Shown in pieces: positions 7,972 through 17,305 of a stretch of 64,000 bases of DNA. Made by a program: the position numbers and the translations under genes. The notes under the pieces are model-generated. The model worked only from the letters and a program-made list of their open reading frames with translations. It was not told where the DNA came from and did not search any database. Every line of letters starts with the position of its first letter. Position 1 is the first letter of the stretch. Origin of the DNA: an uncultured Acidobacteriota bacterium (GTDB lineage Bacteria; Acidobacteriota; UBA6911); the NCBI GenBank assembly GCA_963827655.1, contig CAWHCF010000036.1, positions 160,001 through 224,000 on the forward strand, in the 5' to 3' direction.

Positions 7972-10900
7972 CGTTTCATCACAAACTCATCGTGGTTCAT
8001 GAGGGTGCCGGCCAGCACCGCCGTGGCCGCCACGTCAGCCGCCGGCAGTTTCGTGTCGCGCGGGTGTTCACCTGTGGCCAGATATTTCCCGGCTGACTCC
8101 GGGTGGGCCGTGAAGTACGTCAGTTGATCGTCGTAAAGCCGGCGCAGGACTTCCCGTTCCTGTGGCTCCGGCCGGCGACTCGTAAGCAGGCGAAATGTGT
8201 CCACTATGCGCGCGTCGATGTCGGCGCCGCGCTCGCGCACCAGTCTTTCGGCAATGACTCGCGCCGCTTCCACGAATTGCGGGTCGTTCAGCAAAACCAG
8301 CGACTGGAGCGGAGTCGAGGTCGTTTCCCGCCTGGCAATGCATGACTCGCGCGACATGGCATCAAAGCTGAGCATCGACGGCGGGGGGGACGTCCGGCGC
8401 CAGAACGTGTACAGGCTGCGGCGATAGAGACCCTCGCCTTTGTCCGGCTGGTAGGTCTTGTGCGTCCCGGATTCTTCCCACAGTCCCGCCGGCTGGTAAG
8501 GCTTCACGCTCGGGCCGCCGATCTTGCGGACAAGCAGACCGCTTGCCGCCAGGGCGTTGTCGCGGATCTGTTCGGCCTGCAGCCGATGCTTCGGACCGCG
8601 CGCCAGCAGCCGGTTTTCGGGGTCGCGGGCGAGCAGGTCGGGGCTGACTCGCGACGCTTGCCGGTAAGTCGCCGATGTCACAATGAGCTTGTGAAGCATC
8701 TTGCGATTCCATCCGCCGGTCATGAACTCTCCGGCCAGCCAATCGAGCAACTCGGGATACGTGGGCAACTCGCCCTGGCTGCCGAAATCCTCTGCTTTTG
8801 CGACCAGGCCACGCCCGAAATGTATTTTCCAGACCTGATTCACCGCCACGCGGGCGGTCAACGGATTGCGGCGATCTACCATCCATTGGGCCAGGCCCAG
8901 CCGGTTACGGGGCCATCCGTCGGGAAACGGCATCACGTGCTCGGGGGTGCCCGGCTCAACCCGTTCCCCTGGAGCGTCGTAGCCGCCGCGCTTGAGCAGA
9001 AAAGTGGCGCGCGGCTGCGGTAGTTCCTTCATGACCATGATTTCACGGACATCGTTGGCCAGGTTGCTTTCCTCCTCGCGCAATCGCCGTAGCGCAGCCA
9101 GGGCCGATTGATACTCGCGATCATGACGGTTGAGGTAATACTCCAGCAGTTCCTGATCCGGCTTTGTGGCCGCGGGATCGGGCTGCAACGTCGAGGCGTC
9201 CGCAAGGCATCTGGCTTCGAGTGACGTGAGGCGTCGGTCGAACACCTGGAAGTCGTCGACCAGGCCGTTCTTGAAACCCGAGTCCCGGAAGCGCGCGCCC
9301 AGCGTGAGCTCGATTTTATCGATGTCCGTGTCGCCCCATTCCTTGCGGTGCACGATGTCCTTGAACAGGTTGTCGCGCACGACTTCGAGCGCCATCGGCC
9401 GGCCGTTGAGATAGATACTCAAGCCCGCGGCCCTGCTGGAACCGTCGTAGGTGACGGTGAGGTGAGACCAGACATTCGGGGGGATCGCGTCCTTGGCGCG
9501 CACAGAGACTGCGTTGCCGGGCCAGAAATGAATCAGGGCAAAGTTGGGCCTGCCGTCTTCCAGCACGAGCTCGTAGCCGCGGCTGCCGGAGTCGGTCCAT
9601 GCGCGAGAGTGATGGAAGATGACGGCGCGCGCTTGTTGCGCGGCGGGCTTCAGCCACAGAACGAAGCTGAACGGATCGGTGCGCTTGAAGGCTCCACTCC
9701 CCTTGCAGATGACAGAGTTGTCGCCGCTGAATTTGATCGCACTGCCTTGGCGCCCTTCCGCAAGGATGGGACCATCGACGAGTTCGGCGGGCAGGCTCGG
9801 GTTAATCGAGTTTGCTGTCTTGTTGCCGGTGATTTCATTGAAGGTGAAGGCGGAGACTCCCCCTTCAGCGGAGAGATCCTTTCCCGCGCTGCGCCGCCAT
9901 TCTTCAAAGCGGCCGCGAGCCGCGGCCTGGATCTTGTCGAGTCCAGCTTCGGCCCCGGCAATTTTGTGCCTCAACTCTTTCTGTCTGGCTTCGACGCCGT
10001 CGCGGTACAGCAGCAGCGTGGGCGAGGGCGTGGCCTGGGTGAAGTGCGAGTACAGCCCGGACTCGTCGATGTTGTTGAAGAAGGCGAAGAGACGATAGTA
10101 ATCCTTCTGGCTGATCGGGTCGAACTTGTGGTCGTGGCAGCGGGCACACTCCAGCGTGAGCCCGAGGAACGCCGTACCCATCGTGTGTACGCGATCGGCG
10201 ACGTATTCGGTGCGGAACTCCTCCTCGACGCTTCCGCCTTCGTTAGTTTGGCGATGCAGGCGATTGAATGCGGTGGCCAGGCGTTGCTCGTGAGTCGCGC
10301 CCGGGATCAGATCGCCGGCCAGCTGCCAGAAAATGAACTTATCGTAGGAAAGATTCTCGTTGAACGCGCGGATGACCCAATCGCGCCACGGCGACATGTC
10401 GCGGTCCACGTCCGCCTGATACCCATAGGTGTCGGCATAGCGCGCCAGGTCGAGCCAGTCATTGGCCATGCGTTCACCGTAATGAGGCGAGGCCAGGAGA
10501 CGATCAACCAGCTTATCGTACGCGTCCGGTGACTTGTCGCCGACGAACGCATCTATGTCCGCCAATCCCGGCGGCAGGCCGGTGAGATCGAAGCTGAGGC
10601 GGCGAATCAGCGTCTCCCGCGAAGCCTCCGGCGAGGGATGCAGAGTCTCCGGCTCGAGCCGCGACAGCACGAATCGGTCTATGGCATTCCGCGGCCATTT
10701 GCGATCCTTTACCTCCGGAATCTGTACGTTCTCCACCGGAATGAAGGACCAGTGCGGCTTGAACTCGGCCCCTTGCTGGATCCAGCGGCGGATCAGGTCG
10801 GTTTCTTCCGGACTCACCGCGAGATTGCTCCAGGGCGGCGGCATCATCTGGGCCGGATCGGTTGAAGTGAGCCGGCGTATGACCTCGCTCTTGCCCGGAT

Positions 10901-11165
10901 CCCCGGGCTTGATGACGAACATCTCTCCGGCGAGAGCCTTGAAAGCGGTTTCTTTCGAATCGAGCCGCAGCTTGGCCATGCGCGACTTCTCGTCCGGGCC
11001 ATGGCAGGGGAAGCAGCGGTCGGAGAGCAGCGGCCGGACGTGGAAATTGAAGTCCACCTTGTCGTCCTGGGCGGTTCCCACCCGGGGCTGCAGAGGAAGC
11101 AGGGCTAAGAACCCGCAAGTCGAAAGCAGCAGCCTGATGATCGTCGCTGGTTGTACGGTCGGCAC
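7968..11165 (-). CDS. Planctomycete cytochrome c + DUF1549 + LamG-like + DUF1553 protein
   Basis: CFPCH and CARCH heme motifs, HWSF, YGERMA..WLDLARYAD, PLTARV.VN, RRSLY; overlaps the DUF1501 start. Confidence 0.93.
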   Translation of the reverse strand: MPTVQPATIIRLLLSTCGFLALLPLQPRVGTAQDDKVDFNFHVRPLLSDRCFPCHGPDEKSRMAKLRLDSKETAFKALAGEMFVIKPGDPGKSEVIRRLTSTDPAQMMPPPWSNLAVSPEETDLIRRWIQQGAEFKPHWSFIPVENVQIPEVKDRKWPRNAIDRFVLSRLEPETLHPSPEASRETLIRRLSFDLTGLPPGLADIDAFVGDKSPDAYDKLVDRLLASPHYGERMANDWLDLARYADTYGYQADVDRDMSPWRDWVIRAFNENLSYDKFIFWQLAGDLIPGATHEQRLATAFNRLHRQTNEGGSVEEEFRTEYVADRVHTMGTAFLGLTLECARCHDHKFDPISQKDYYRLFAFFNNIDESGLYSHFTQATPSPTLLLYRDGVEARQKELRHKIAGAEAGLDKIQAAARGRFEEWRRSAGKDLSAEGGVSAFTFNEITGNKTANSINPSLPAELVDGPILAEGRQGSAIKFSGDNSVICKGSGAFKRTDPFSFVLWLKPAAQQARAVIFHHSRAWTDSGSRGYELVLEDGRPNFALIHFWPGNAVSVRAKDAIPPNVWSHLTVTYDGSSRAAGLSIYLNGRPMALEVVRDNLFKDIVHRKEWGDTDIDKIELTLGARFRDSGFKNGLVDDFQVFDRRLTSLEARCLADASTLQPDPAATKPDQELLEYYLNRHDREYQSALAALRRLREEESNLANDVREIMVMKELPQPRATFLLKRGGYDAPGERVEPGTPEHVMPFPDGWPRNRLGLAQWMVDRRNPLTARVAVNQVWKIHFGRGLVAKAEDFGSQGELPTYPELLDWLAGEFMTGGWNRKMLHKLIVTSATYRQASRVSPDLLARDPENRLLARGPKHRLQAEQIRDNALAASGLLVRKIGGPSVKPYQPAGLWEESGTHKTYQPDKGEGLYRRSLYTFWRRTSPPPSMLSFDAMSRESCIARRETTSTPLQSLVLLNDPQFVEAARVIAERLVRERGADIDARIVDTFRLLTSRRPEPQEREVLRRLYDDQLTYFTAHPESAGKYLATGEHPRDTKLPAADVAATAVLAGTLMNHDEFVMKR

Positions 11166-11275
11166 AATTCAGAAGTTACCATGATGGCTTGGCCTTTGAC
11201 GAGCGTCATCTTGCCCTCTGCGGCGAGCCTGTGAAATCCACCGCCAGGACGCGAAGACTTTACTCCGATTACGCC

Positions 11276-11335
11276 TTTTGGAGTGCGCAAGCTTGCTAGC
11301 GTGCGCCTTGTGGTACGGCTGCTTGCTGCCGCGCC
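11276..11335. repeat. GGAGTGCG REP-like palindrome (family B)
   Basis: TGGAGTGCGCAAGCTTGC; the same core occurs at 24620 and 54810, and an inverted relative at 40955. Confidence 0.65.
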
Positions 11336-11393
11336 CGCGGAATGTACAAACCCAACGACTGTTGGGACAAGGAAGTGTGTCTACCGAGGCACC

Positions 11394-11412
11394 AAGTCTT
11401 ACATGTATACTT
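11394..11412 (+). promoter_or_regulatory. Putative vapBC autoregulatory operator overlapping the -10 box
   Basis: Imperfect palindrome AAGTCTTACATGTATACTT overlapping TATACT, about 22 nt before the antitoxin ATG. Confidence 0.45.
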
Positions 11413-11434
11413 GCCATTTTGATAGGAAATATTT

Positions 11435-11695
11435 ATGGCTGGCAAACGCACGCATGTCGTTATTCCCGAAGAGGTCGTTGACGAAATCGACAGTCTGGTT
11501 GGGAAGCGGGGTCGCAGTGATTTCCTGGTTCGTGCGGCCCTGACAGAAGTTAAACGGCTGCGCCTACTCAACGCTCTTGAAGCTGCAAGCGGAAGTTGGA
11601 AGGACGAAGACCACCCTGAACTGAAGGGCGGTGCTGCGAGCTGGGTTTCTCAGATCCGGAGGGAGGATGACAAACGCCGCAAAGGGCGGGCCTAA
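11435..11695 (+). CDS. VapB-like RHH antitoxin
   Basis: KRTHVVIPEEVVDEIDSLVG..GRSDF ribbon-helix-helix; directly upstream of a PIN toxin. Confidence 0.85.
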   Translation: MAGKRTHVVIPEEVVDEIDSLVGKRGRSDFLVRAALTEVKRLRLLNALEAASGSWKDEDHPELKGGAASWVSQIRREDDKRRKGRA

Positions 11696-11701
11696 GCTGC
11701 C

Positions 11702-12091
11702 ATGGCTATGTACCTTCTCGACACTTCCGTGATCATCGATGCCCTGAACGGCAAGCGGGATAGGAAAGCGCTGTTAGCAGAGCTCGTTCGTAAAGGAGAC
11801 ATGCTCGGTTGCTGCGGTGTCAATGTTACCGAGGTCTATGCAGGGATGCGTCCGCACGAGGCTAATCTCACGGAAGAACTTCTGAGCAGCCTCGAATACT
11901 ATGACATTACCCGCCAAATCGCACGGCAGGCAGGGCTACTCAAGCGTGAGTGGGCCCGGAAGGGTAAAACGCTTTCTCTGGCTGATGTCACAATTGCTGC
12001 TGTCGCGATGGTCAACAGGCTTGTGCTCGCCACCGACAACGTGAAGCACTATCCGATGCAAGGGATCGAAATCTATCGACTCCCAGAGTGA
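11702..12091 (+). CDS. vapC: VapC PIN-domain toxin
   Basis: YLLDTSVIID, EVYAG, LSLADVTIAA, LATDNVKHY. Confidence 0.93.
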   Translation: MAMYLLDTSVIIDALNGKRDRKALLAELVRKGDMLGCCGVNVTEVYAGMRPHEANLTEELLSSLEYYDITRQIARQAGLLKREWARKGKTLSLADVTIAAVAMVNRLVLATDNVKHYPMQGIEIYRLPE

Positions 12092-12496
12092 AATTGGACT
12101 CCGCTCACCGCAATGACAACCTGACACCGCGATAGCGTTGCCCTGATGCAGGTCATTGCCGATGCCTCACGCTAATCGCGCTGCACCCTACCGCGTAAGT
12201 CAGCACGCGGAAGCGGCGTCCTGTAGCTCAAGTCGTCCCCTTTCGCCGAAACCTCACTGCCCCGTGGCGATCAAGTCGAGTTGGCGGCCCCGTCCCGCAC
12301 ATCCTAAATGATACAATCAGCAACAAAACGTGCCATCAGTGCCCAGTAGATCCATTTTGCTTTCTGCTGTACCTTGGACGTGATGAAGCGGTCAGGTTTC
12401 CGGGCGGAAACGCGATTGTTGAAAACCGCACCACCTGAGATCGCGCCCTCATTTCATGCATCGCCACGGGGTCTTTCGCGAGCAGAGGGAGGTGTC

Positions 12497-14136
12497 ATGC
12501 AAACAAACGACCGGCGAAAGTTTCTCAAACAACTTCTCTCTTCCGGCGCGCTGCTGGCTGCGGAACCCTGGTCAGCCAGTCTTGGCTACTCCCAGACGAA
12601 GGGCCGGCGCGAGCGATCATCCATTCGGAAAGACATCGATCCGACCTCGATCGACGGCTTCTGGGCGCCTTCCTGGAGCATCTCGGGCGGGCCATTTACA
12701 CAGGCGTCTATGAACCCGGGTCGAAGCTCGCCGATAAAAAAGGGTTTCGCACCGATGTAGCCGCGGAAATCAAGAATCTCGACGTGCCGATCATGCGGTA
12801 TCCCGGCGGAAATTTTGTTTCCGGCTACAACTGGCTGGACGGAGTCGGCCCGAAGGACAAGCGGCCAACCGTCCTGGAGCGCGCCTGGAATTCGCTTGAG
12901 ACGAATCAATTCGGGACCAACGAATTCATCGAATGGTGCAGGTTGGTCAACACGGAACCGCTGCTCGGCTTTAACCTCGGTACCGGGACGGCGGAAATGG
13001 CCGTCGCTTACGTTGAGTACTGCAACGTAGACCGAGGCACAAAATGGAGCGAGCTACGTCGCGCGCACGGCTACGATCAAGGGCACAACGTGCGTTACTG
13101 GTGCCTGGGCAATGAAATGGATGGCCCCTGGCAGATGGGACACATGACCGCTCGCGAATATGGCCGCAAGGCGCGGGATGCCGCGCGCCAAATCCGAGTC
13201 ATTGATCCATCGCTTCAACTCATCGCCTGCGGATCGAGCAACACGATTCTGCCGACGTACCTGGTGTGGGATCGCGAGGTCCTCGAAGAGTGTTACGATC
13301 AGGTGGACGGAATCTCGCTGCACAATTACTACGGCAACACGGAGCAGTTGACCGGCAACAGCACCGAGCGTTTTCTCGCCATGAATCTGGACATGGAAAG
13401 ACAGATTCACGAAGTCGGTGCCGTTTGCGACTATGTGCAGGGACTGCTGAAGTCGCCCAAGCGTCTTTGGCTTTCATTCGACGAATGGAATATCTGGTAT
13501 CGCGCCCGGAGCGCCCCTTTCCGGGACGGCAAACGGGCTTTTGCGCCAAAGTTGCTGGAAGAAGTGTACAACCTCGAAGATGCCTTGCTGGTCGGCGGGT
13601 TTGTGAACACGTTGCTACGCCAGGCGGAGCGTGTGCGCGTCGGGTGTATCGCTCAGATCGTCAACGTCATTGCGCCCCTGGTAACCAACGAGACTTCGGT
13701 TCTGCGCCAGAGCATCTATCATCCCTATGGGTGGGCGCTCAAGCACGCTCAGGGGAAGGTTCTCGATGTGCGCGTCGAATCTGAAACCTACCGCATCAAA
13801 CCCGAAGGGCTCCGGGCCGATTTTGCGCGTGACGAGCAGGTGCCGTTCCTCGATATTGCCGCTACCATGAACCCGAAAAATGGTCAGATCACGTTGTTCA
13901 TGCTGAATCGCGACCTGCAATCGGAACGCGAGCTGATGCTGGATTGGCGCGACATAACCCCAACGCGGGTGCTCGGCTGCGAAACCCTGACGGGTTCGGA
14001 TCTCAAAGCGTTCAATACTTTTGAGAAACCCACTCAGGTCGCGCCACAACCGCTCGACCCTCCGAAAGCCGGCGCGAAAATGACCCTCAGGATGCCACCG
14101 CGCTCCTACAGCATGGTCAGGATTGCGACGAATTAG
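12497..14136 (+). CDS. Alpha-L-arabinofuranosidase GH51 with Tat signal (frameshift near 12600-12650)
   Basis: MQTNDRRKFLKQ leader; RYPGGNFVSGYNW, WCLGNEMDGPWQ, SFDEWNIW. Confidence 0.92.
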
Positions 14137-14380
14137 TATGAAGCTCGCAGGCCGCAAGACGAGGCCTTTGGGGGCGGACGGTGATTCGTTGCGGGGGTTT
14201 GGCGGCTTTGGCGTTCAGCCGCGATGCATCTGTCGCGCCCCAGGGCTGCGGCGACTCGTTTGGGTCTCCCAGTCGAGGAATCGGGATTCGGTAGGCTTTG
14301 CGTCTTTGTCTCTTAGAATCGGTTACATCGCTCTTTACTCTTTACGAGGCATCGGTCGGGCGGTATCAGGAAAACCCTTA

Positions 14381-14456
14381 GCGAGCCCGCGCAGTCGATC
14401 CTTACGACTTGGATTTAGCTCGCGCGCGGCTCGTCGGCTGCAGCGCGGTGTTATTC
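14381..14456 (-). mobile_element. Truncated integron attC site (R'', L'' and stem; L'/R' lost)
   Basis: Minus strand GAATAAC-ACCGC-GCTGCAGC-CGA-CGAGCCGCGCGC...GCGCGGGCTCG at the 3' end of the antitoxin gene. Confidence 0.7.
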
Positions 14457-14698
14457 TCAGTCAGACCCGCTGCAAATTGTTCGATCGATGTCACCGCCTG
14501 TTCCTTTGATCTTCTCTTCAAGAATCTCATGAACTTTTCGCTGCTACCTAATTCAGCCACTTCTCGGTCAAACTCATCAGCTTCCTCCAGCACGAAGGTC
14601 GCACCATCCTTAGAGACCAGCAATACTGACTTCTTCCGAGCCATCGCCAAAAGCTCACCCACTGAGGGTGATTCTTTCTTTAGGTTCACGGTCTTCAC
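14402..14698 (-). CDS. Antitoxin (Phd/YefM-like) of a RelE-family module
   Basis: SVGELLAMARKKSVLLVSKDG..FVLEEADEFDREV; GTG start overlaps the restored toxin stop (GTGA). Confidence 0.75.
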   Translation of the reverse strand: MKTVNLKKESPSVGELLAMARKKSVLLVSKDGATFVLEEADEFDREVAELGSSEKFMRFLKRRSKEQAVTSIEQFAAGLTENNTALQPTSRARAKSKS

Positions 14699-14989
14699 AG
14701 TTGCACCTTCTTTCCTTGAATAAAGAGGTCATTGTGCTCCTTATCGTCCGACGGCAACAACTTTCACACTATTACCCCCTTCAATTGAGTAGAACACTCG
14801 GAACCTCTCGATTCGGAGTTCCCATGGAGCGATCGGGTTCGGTCTCAACGGCTTCTTCCTTCTTGTTCTGGTTTCTGCATCCGTCTTTAAGTGAGCGATG
14901 ATCCCGGCTACGATCAGGCGTTGCTCATACGTTTCGAAGTGAGCGATGTCCTTCTTTGCACTCTCAGTGAGCGAGATCCGATATTCCAT
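14695..14989 (-). CDS. relE: RelE/ParE family toxin (1-nt insertion near 14745 gives an early stop)
   Basis: YRISLTESAKKDI...KPLRPNPIAPWELRIERFRVFY..VKVVAVG; the shifted frame continues KEHNDLFIQGKKVQL*. Confidence 0.85.
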
Positions 14990-14995
14990 TGATGG

Positions 14996-15024
14996 ATGGT
15001 ATCGGGAAAATACGCTCCTCTCAA
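14996..15024 (-). promoter_or_regulatory. Sigma70 promoter of the relE module, leaderless
   Basis: TTGAGA-17 nt-TACCAT, then 6 nt to ATG 14989. Confidence 0.7.
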
Positions 15025-15045
15025 GGTAAGCGTACTGAGAAGTAC

Positions 15046-15064
15046 GCATAACATGCGCTCAGCG
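15046..15064 (-). mobile_element. 3' end (L'/R') of an upstream attC, marking the cassette start
   Basis: Minus strand CGCTGAGCGCAT-GTTATGC; GTTATGC is 6/7 complementary to the downstream R'' GAATAAC. Confidence 0.6.
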
Positions 15065-15433
15065 TCGGGCCGGCGGTCCCAACGAGTTTATCCAGGGCAG
15101 TCGTGATCGCAAGGTGGAGCTTGTCGAGATTTTGTAACTCTGCCGGCCAGAAGTCTCCGATTCGTTGTTCATGGATCAGTCAACCCCCTTGTCGCCGAGC
15201 CCGCATGCTTTGGGGGATGTGTTCAAGAGGACGTTGCACCCGCGCAACTCAAAGACGTATGTTAATTGCCCGGCTCAAGCCAGTTTGTGAACCTGGACGA
15301 AGTGAGCCCGGTTGATGCCGTTCGCTTCCTCGGCAGCCTGTGAGGGCCCAAGGCAGAAAGGTCATCAATTGCCCAAAGGAAAGACAAGCGCTGATGCGGA
15401 TTTTCGAATCATCAAAAAAACATGGAGGACGCG

Positions 15434-16267
15434 ATGAGCAGAATCGTTGTCGGTCAGGAGAATTCGCAACCTATCGAGCTCTACTACAAGGACTGGGGAA
15501 CAGGACAGCCCGTAGTCTTCAGCCATGGCTGGCCGCTGACGGGGGACGCATGGGAAGACCAAATGCTGTTCCTGGCCTCTCGTGGATACCGGTGCATCGC
15601 GCATGACCGTCGCGGCCATGGCCGTTCGAGTCAACCGTGGAACGGCAACGACATGGATACCTATGCCGATGACCTGGCGAAGGTCATCGAAACGCTCGAC
15701 CTGAAGAGCGTAATCCTTGTTGGTCACTCGACCGGCGGCGGCGAAGTCACTCGCTATATCGGCCGTCACGGCACGAAACGAGTGGCCAAGGCCGTACTGA
15801 TCGGCGCGGTGCCGCCCCTGATGCTGAAGACGGCGGCCAATCCCGGTGGCTTGCCGATCGACGTGTTCGACGGCATCCGCGCTAACGTCCTGAGTGACCG
15901 CTCGCAGTTCTTCAAGGACCTCACCACTCCCTTCTACGGCGCCAACAGGCCCGGCGCCAAGGTCTCGCAAGGCTTGCGGGATTCGTTCTGGCTTCAAGGG
16001 ATGCAGGCCGGTTTCAAGAACGCCTTCGACTGCATCAAAGCATTCTCCGAAACGGACCTCACCGAAGACCTCAAAAAGTTCGACGTGCCGACCCTTATCA
16101 TCCACGGTGACGATGATCAGATCGTCCCGATCAACAACTCCGCCATGCCCTCTGCGAAGCTGGTCAAGAACGCGCAACTTAAGGTCTACAAGGGTGGGTC
16201 CCACGGACTGTGCTCGACCCAAAAGGACGAAGTCAACGCGGATCTGCTGGCGTTTTTCAAAGCGTAA
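15434..16267 (+). CDS. cpo: Non-heme chloroperoxidase / alpha-beta hydrolase
   Basis: [44 protein letters not shown]. Confidence 0.92.
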   Translation: MSRIVVGQENSQPIELYYKDWGTGQPVVFSHGWPLTGDAWEDQMLFLASRGYRCIAHDRRGHGRSSQPWNGNDMDTYADDLAKVIETLDLKSVILVGHSTGGGEVTRYIGRHGTKRVAKAVLIGAVPPLMLKTAANPGGLPIDVFDGIRANVLSDRSQFFKDLTTPFYGANRPGAKVSQGLRDSFWLQGMQAGFKNAFDCIKAFSETDLTEDLKKFDVPTLIIHGDDDQIVPINNSAMPSAKLVKNAQLKVYKGGSHGLCSTQKDEVNADLLAFFKA

Positions 16268-16409
16268 TCGTAGCGCTTCGGGACGAGCAGGTCCGACACA
16301 CCGCGTTCATCAACAGCAACCGTAGTCAAGGTACGCGTGACGCTTTCAGCCTTCAGCTTTCAGCGATCAGCTTCACCAAAGCTTCTTTGCCAGCGCGAGA
16401 GAAGTCACG

Positions 16410-16535
16410 GTGAAAGAATCTGAGGAAGATTGGAAAGATAGACGCAAAGCACGATTTTACGATATGAGAGATGTTAATCTTGAAAACCCCCCTGACCAGA
16501 GTCGTGAATGATTGGGTAAACTGATGGATGAATAA
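16410..16535 (+). pseudogene. Possible C-terminal remnant of a DUF1801-like gene
   Basis: Frameshifted pieces KDRRKARFYDMRDV / TPLTRVVNDWV(K)LMDE*; resemblance judged by eye only. Confidence 0.3.
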
Positions 16536-16556
16536 TTTCCCCACCTATGAGAGGAG

Positions 16557-16994
16557 ATGTCCATGAGTTCCGAGTCCAGAAGAATGGCGGGAATCCTCCT
16601 GGTAATTTTGCCGACCGTCATGATCGGGGGTGTGAGCATCCTGACATTACTCATCGGGACGCCCGAATACATGGCGAACAAACTCCGGCAGGATCTCTGG
16701 CGGGCCGGTCACGCGCATGCGGGCGTGTTTCTGCTCCTGTCCCTTGTAGCGCTCCGCTATGTGGACGAAGCGGTTTTGTCGGCAAGAGCCAGGTGGTTTG
16801 TGCGAACGAGCCTACCGGCGGCTGCGATCATCGTGCCGTTTGCGTTCTTTTTCTCCGTCCTGTCGCCGGATGCCACGAAACCGAACGGTCTTATCCAGAT
16901 TGCCTACGTCGGCGCGGCGGTTCTCGCGCTGGGTGTGATCACGTTGGGAGTCGGCCTGCTGAGGACGAGACCTCCGTTGAAAGGCGCCCTCTAA
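16557..16994 (+). CDS. Hypothetical 4-TM membrane protein (HAH motif)
   Basis: Four hydrophobic segments, WRAGHAHAGV, AGGAG RBS. Confidence 0.75.
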   Translation: MSMSSESRRMAGILLVILPTVMIGGVSILTLLIGTPEYMANKLRQDLWRAGHAHAGVFLLLSLVALRYVDEAVLSARARWFVRTSLPAAAIIVPFAFFFSVLSPDATKPNGLIQIAYVGAAVLALGVITLGVGLLRTRPPLKGAL

Positions 16995-17180
16995 CACCAC
17001 CGAGAATTCAGCGCGGCCGTCGGCATGAGTTCCGATTGCTATCGAAGCAGATCCAGGATTCGCTGAGCGCGAGCAGCTGATGGCTCCGCTGTCCGGGGCC
17101 GTGCTTCCAGCGGGCTGCTCGCCACGTTCAGCCGCTCCGGCCTCATCTCCTACATGGTTGCGCGCAGGAAAGAGAGCAAG

Positions 17181-17218
17181 TTTACAAATCCTTGACATCT
17201 TTTTACCTCCCCTTGACA
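17181..17218 (+). promoter_or_regulatory. Tandem direct-repeat boxes, putative OmpR/PhoB-type binding site
   Basis: TTTACA(17181) TTGACA(17192) TTTACC(17202) TTGACA(17213), spaced 10-11 bp, upstream of the kinase-regulator operon. Confidence 0.55.
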
Positions 17219-17305
17219 CATCTCGACATGCAACCGGTGTATGCTTCGTTCGTATGCCGCAGGGTTTGCGGCTGAAATGAGGTCGAAGGGGTCGAGGAGA
17301 ACCGG

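Noticed and set aside
12318-12336. Sigma54-like TGGCACG-TTTTG-TTGC on the minus strand
   Set aside because: GG-to-GC spacing is 11 nt rather than 10, and no gene follows on that strand
16989-17080. CTCTAAC at a stop codon followed later by GCTGAGCGC, a possible attC
   Set aside because: No properly spaced L'' box, stem or GTTRRRY end
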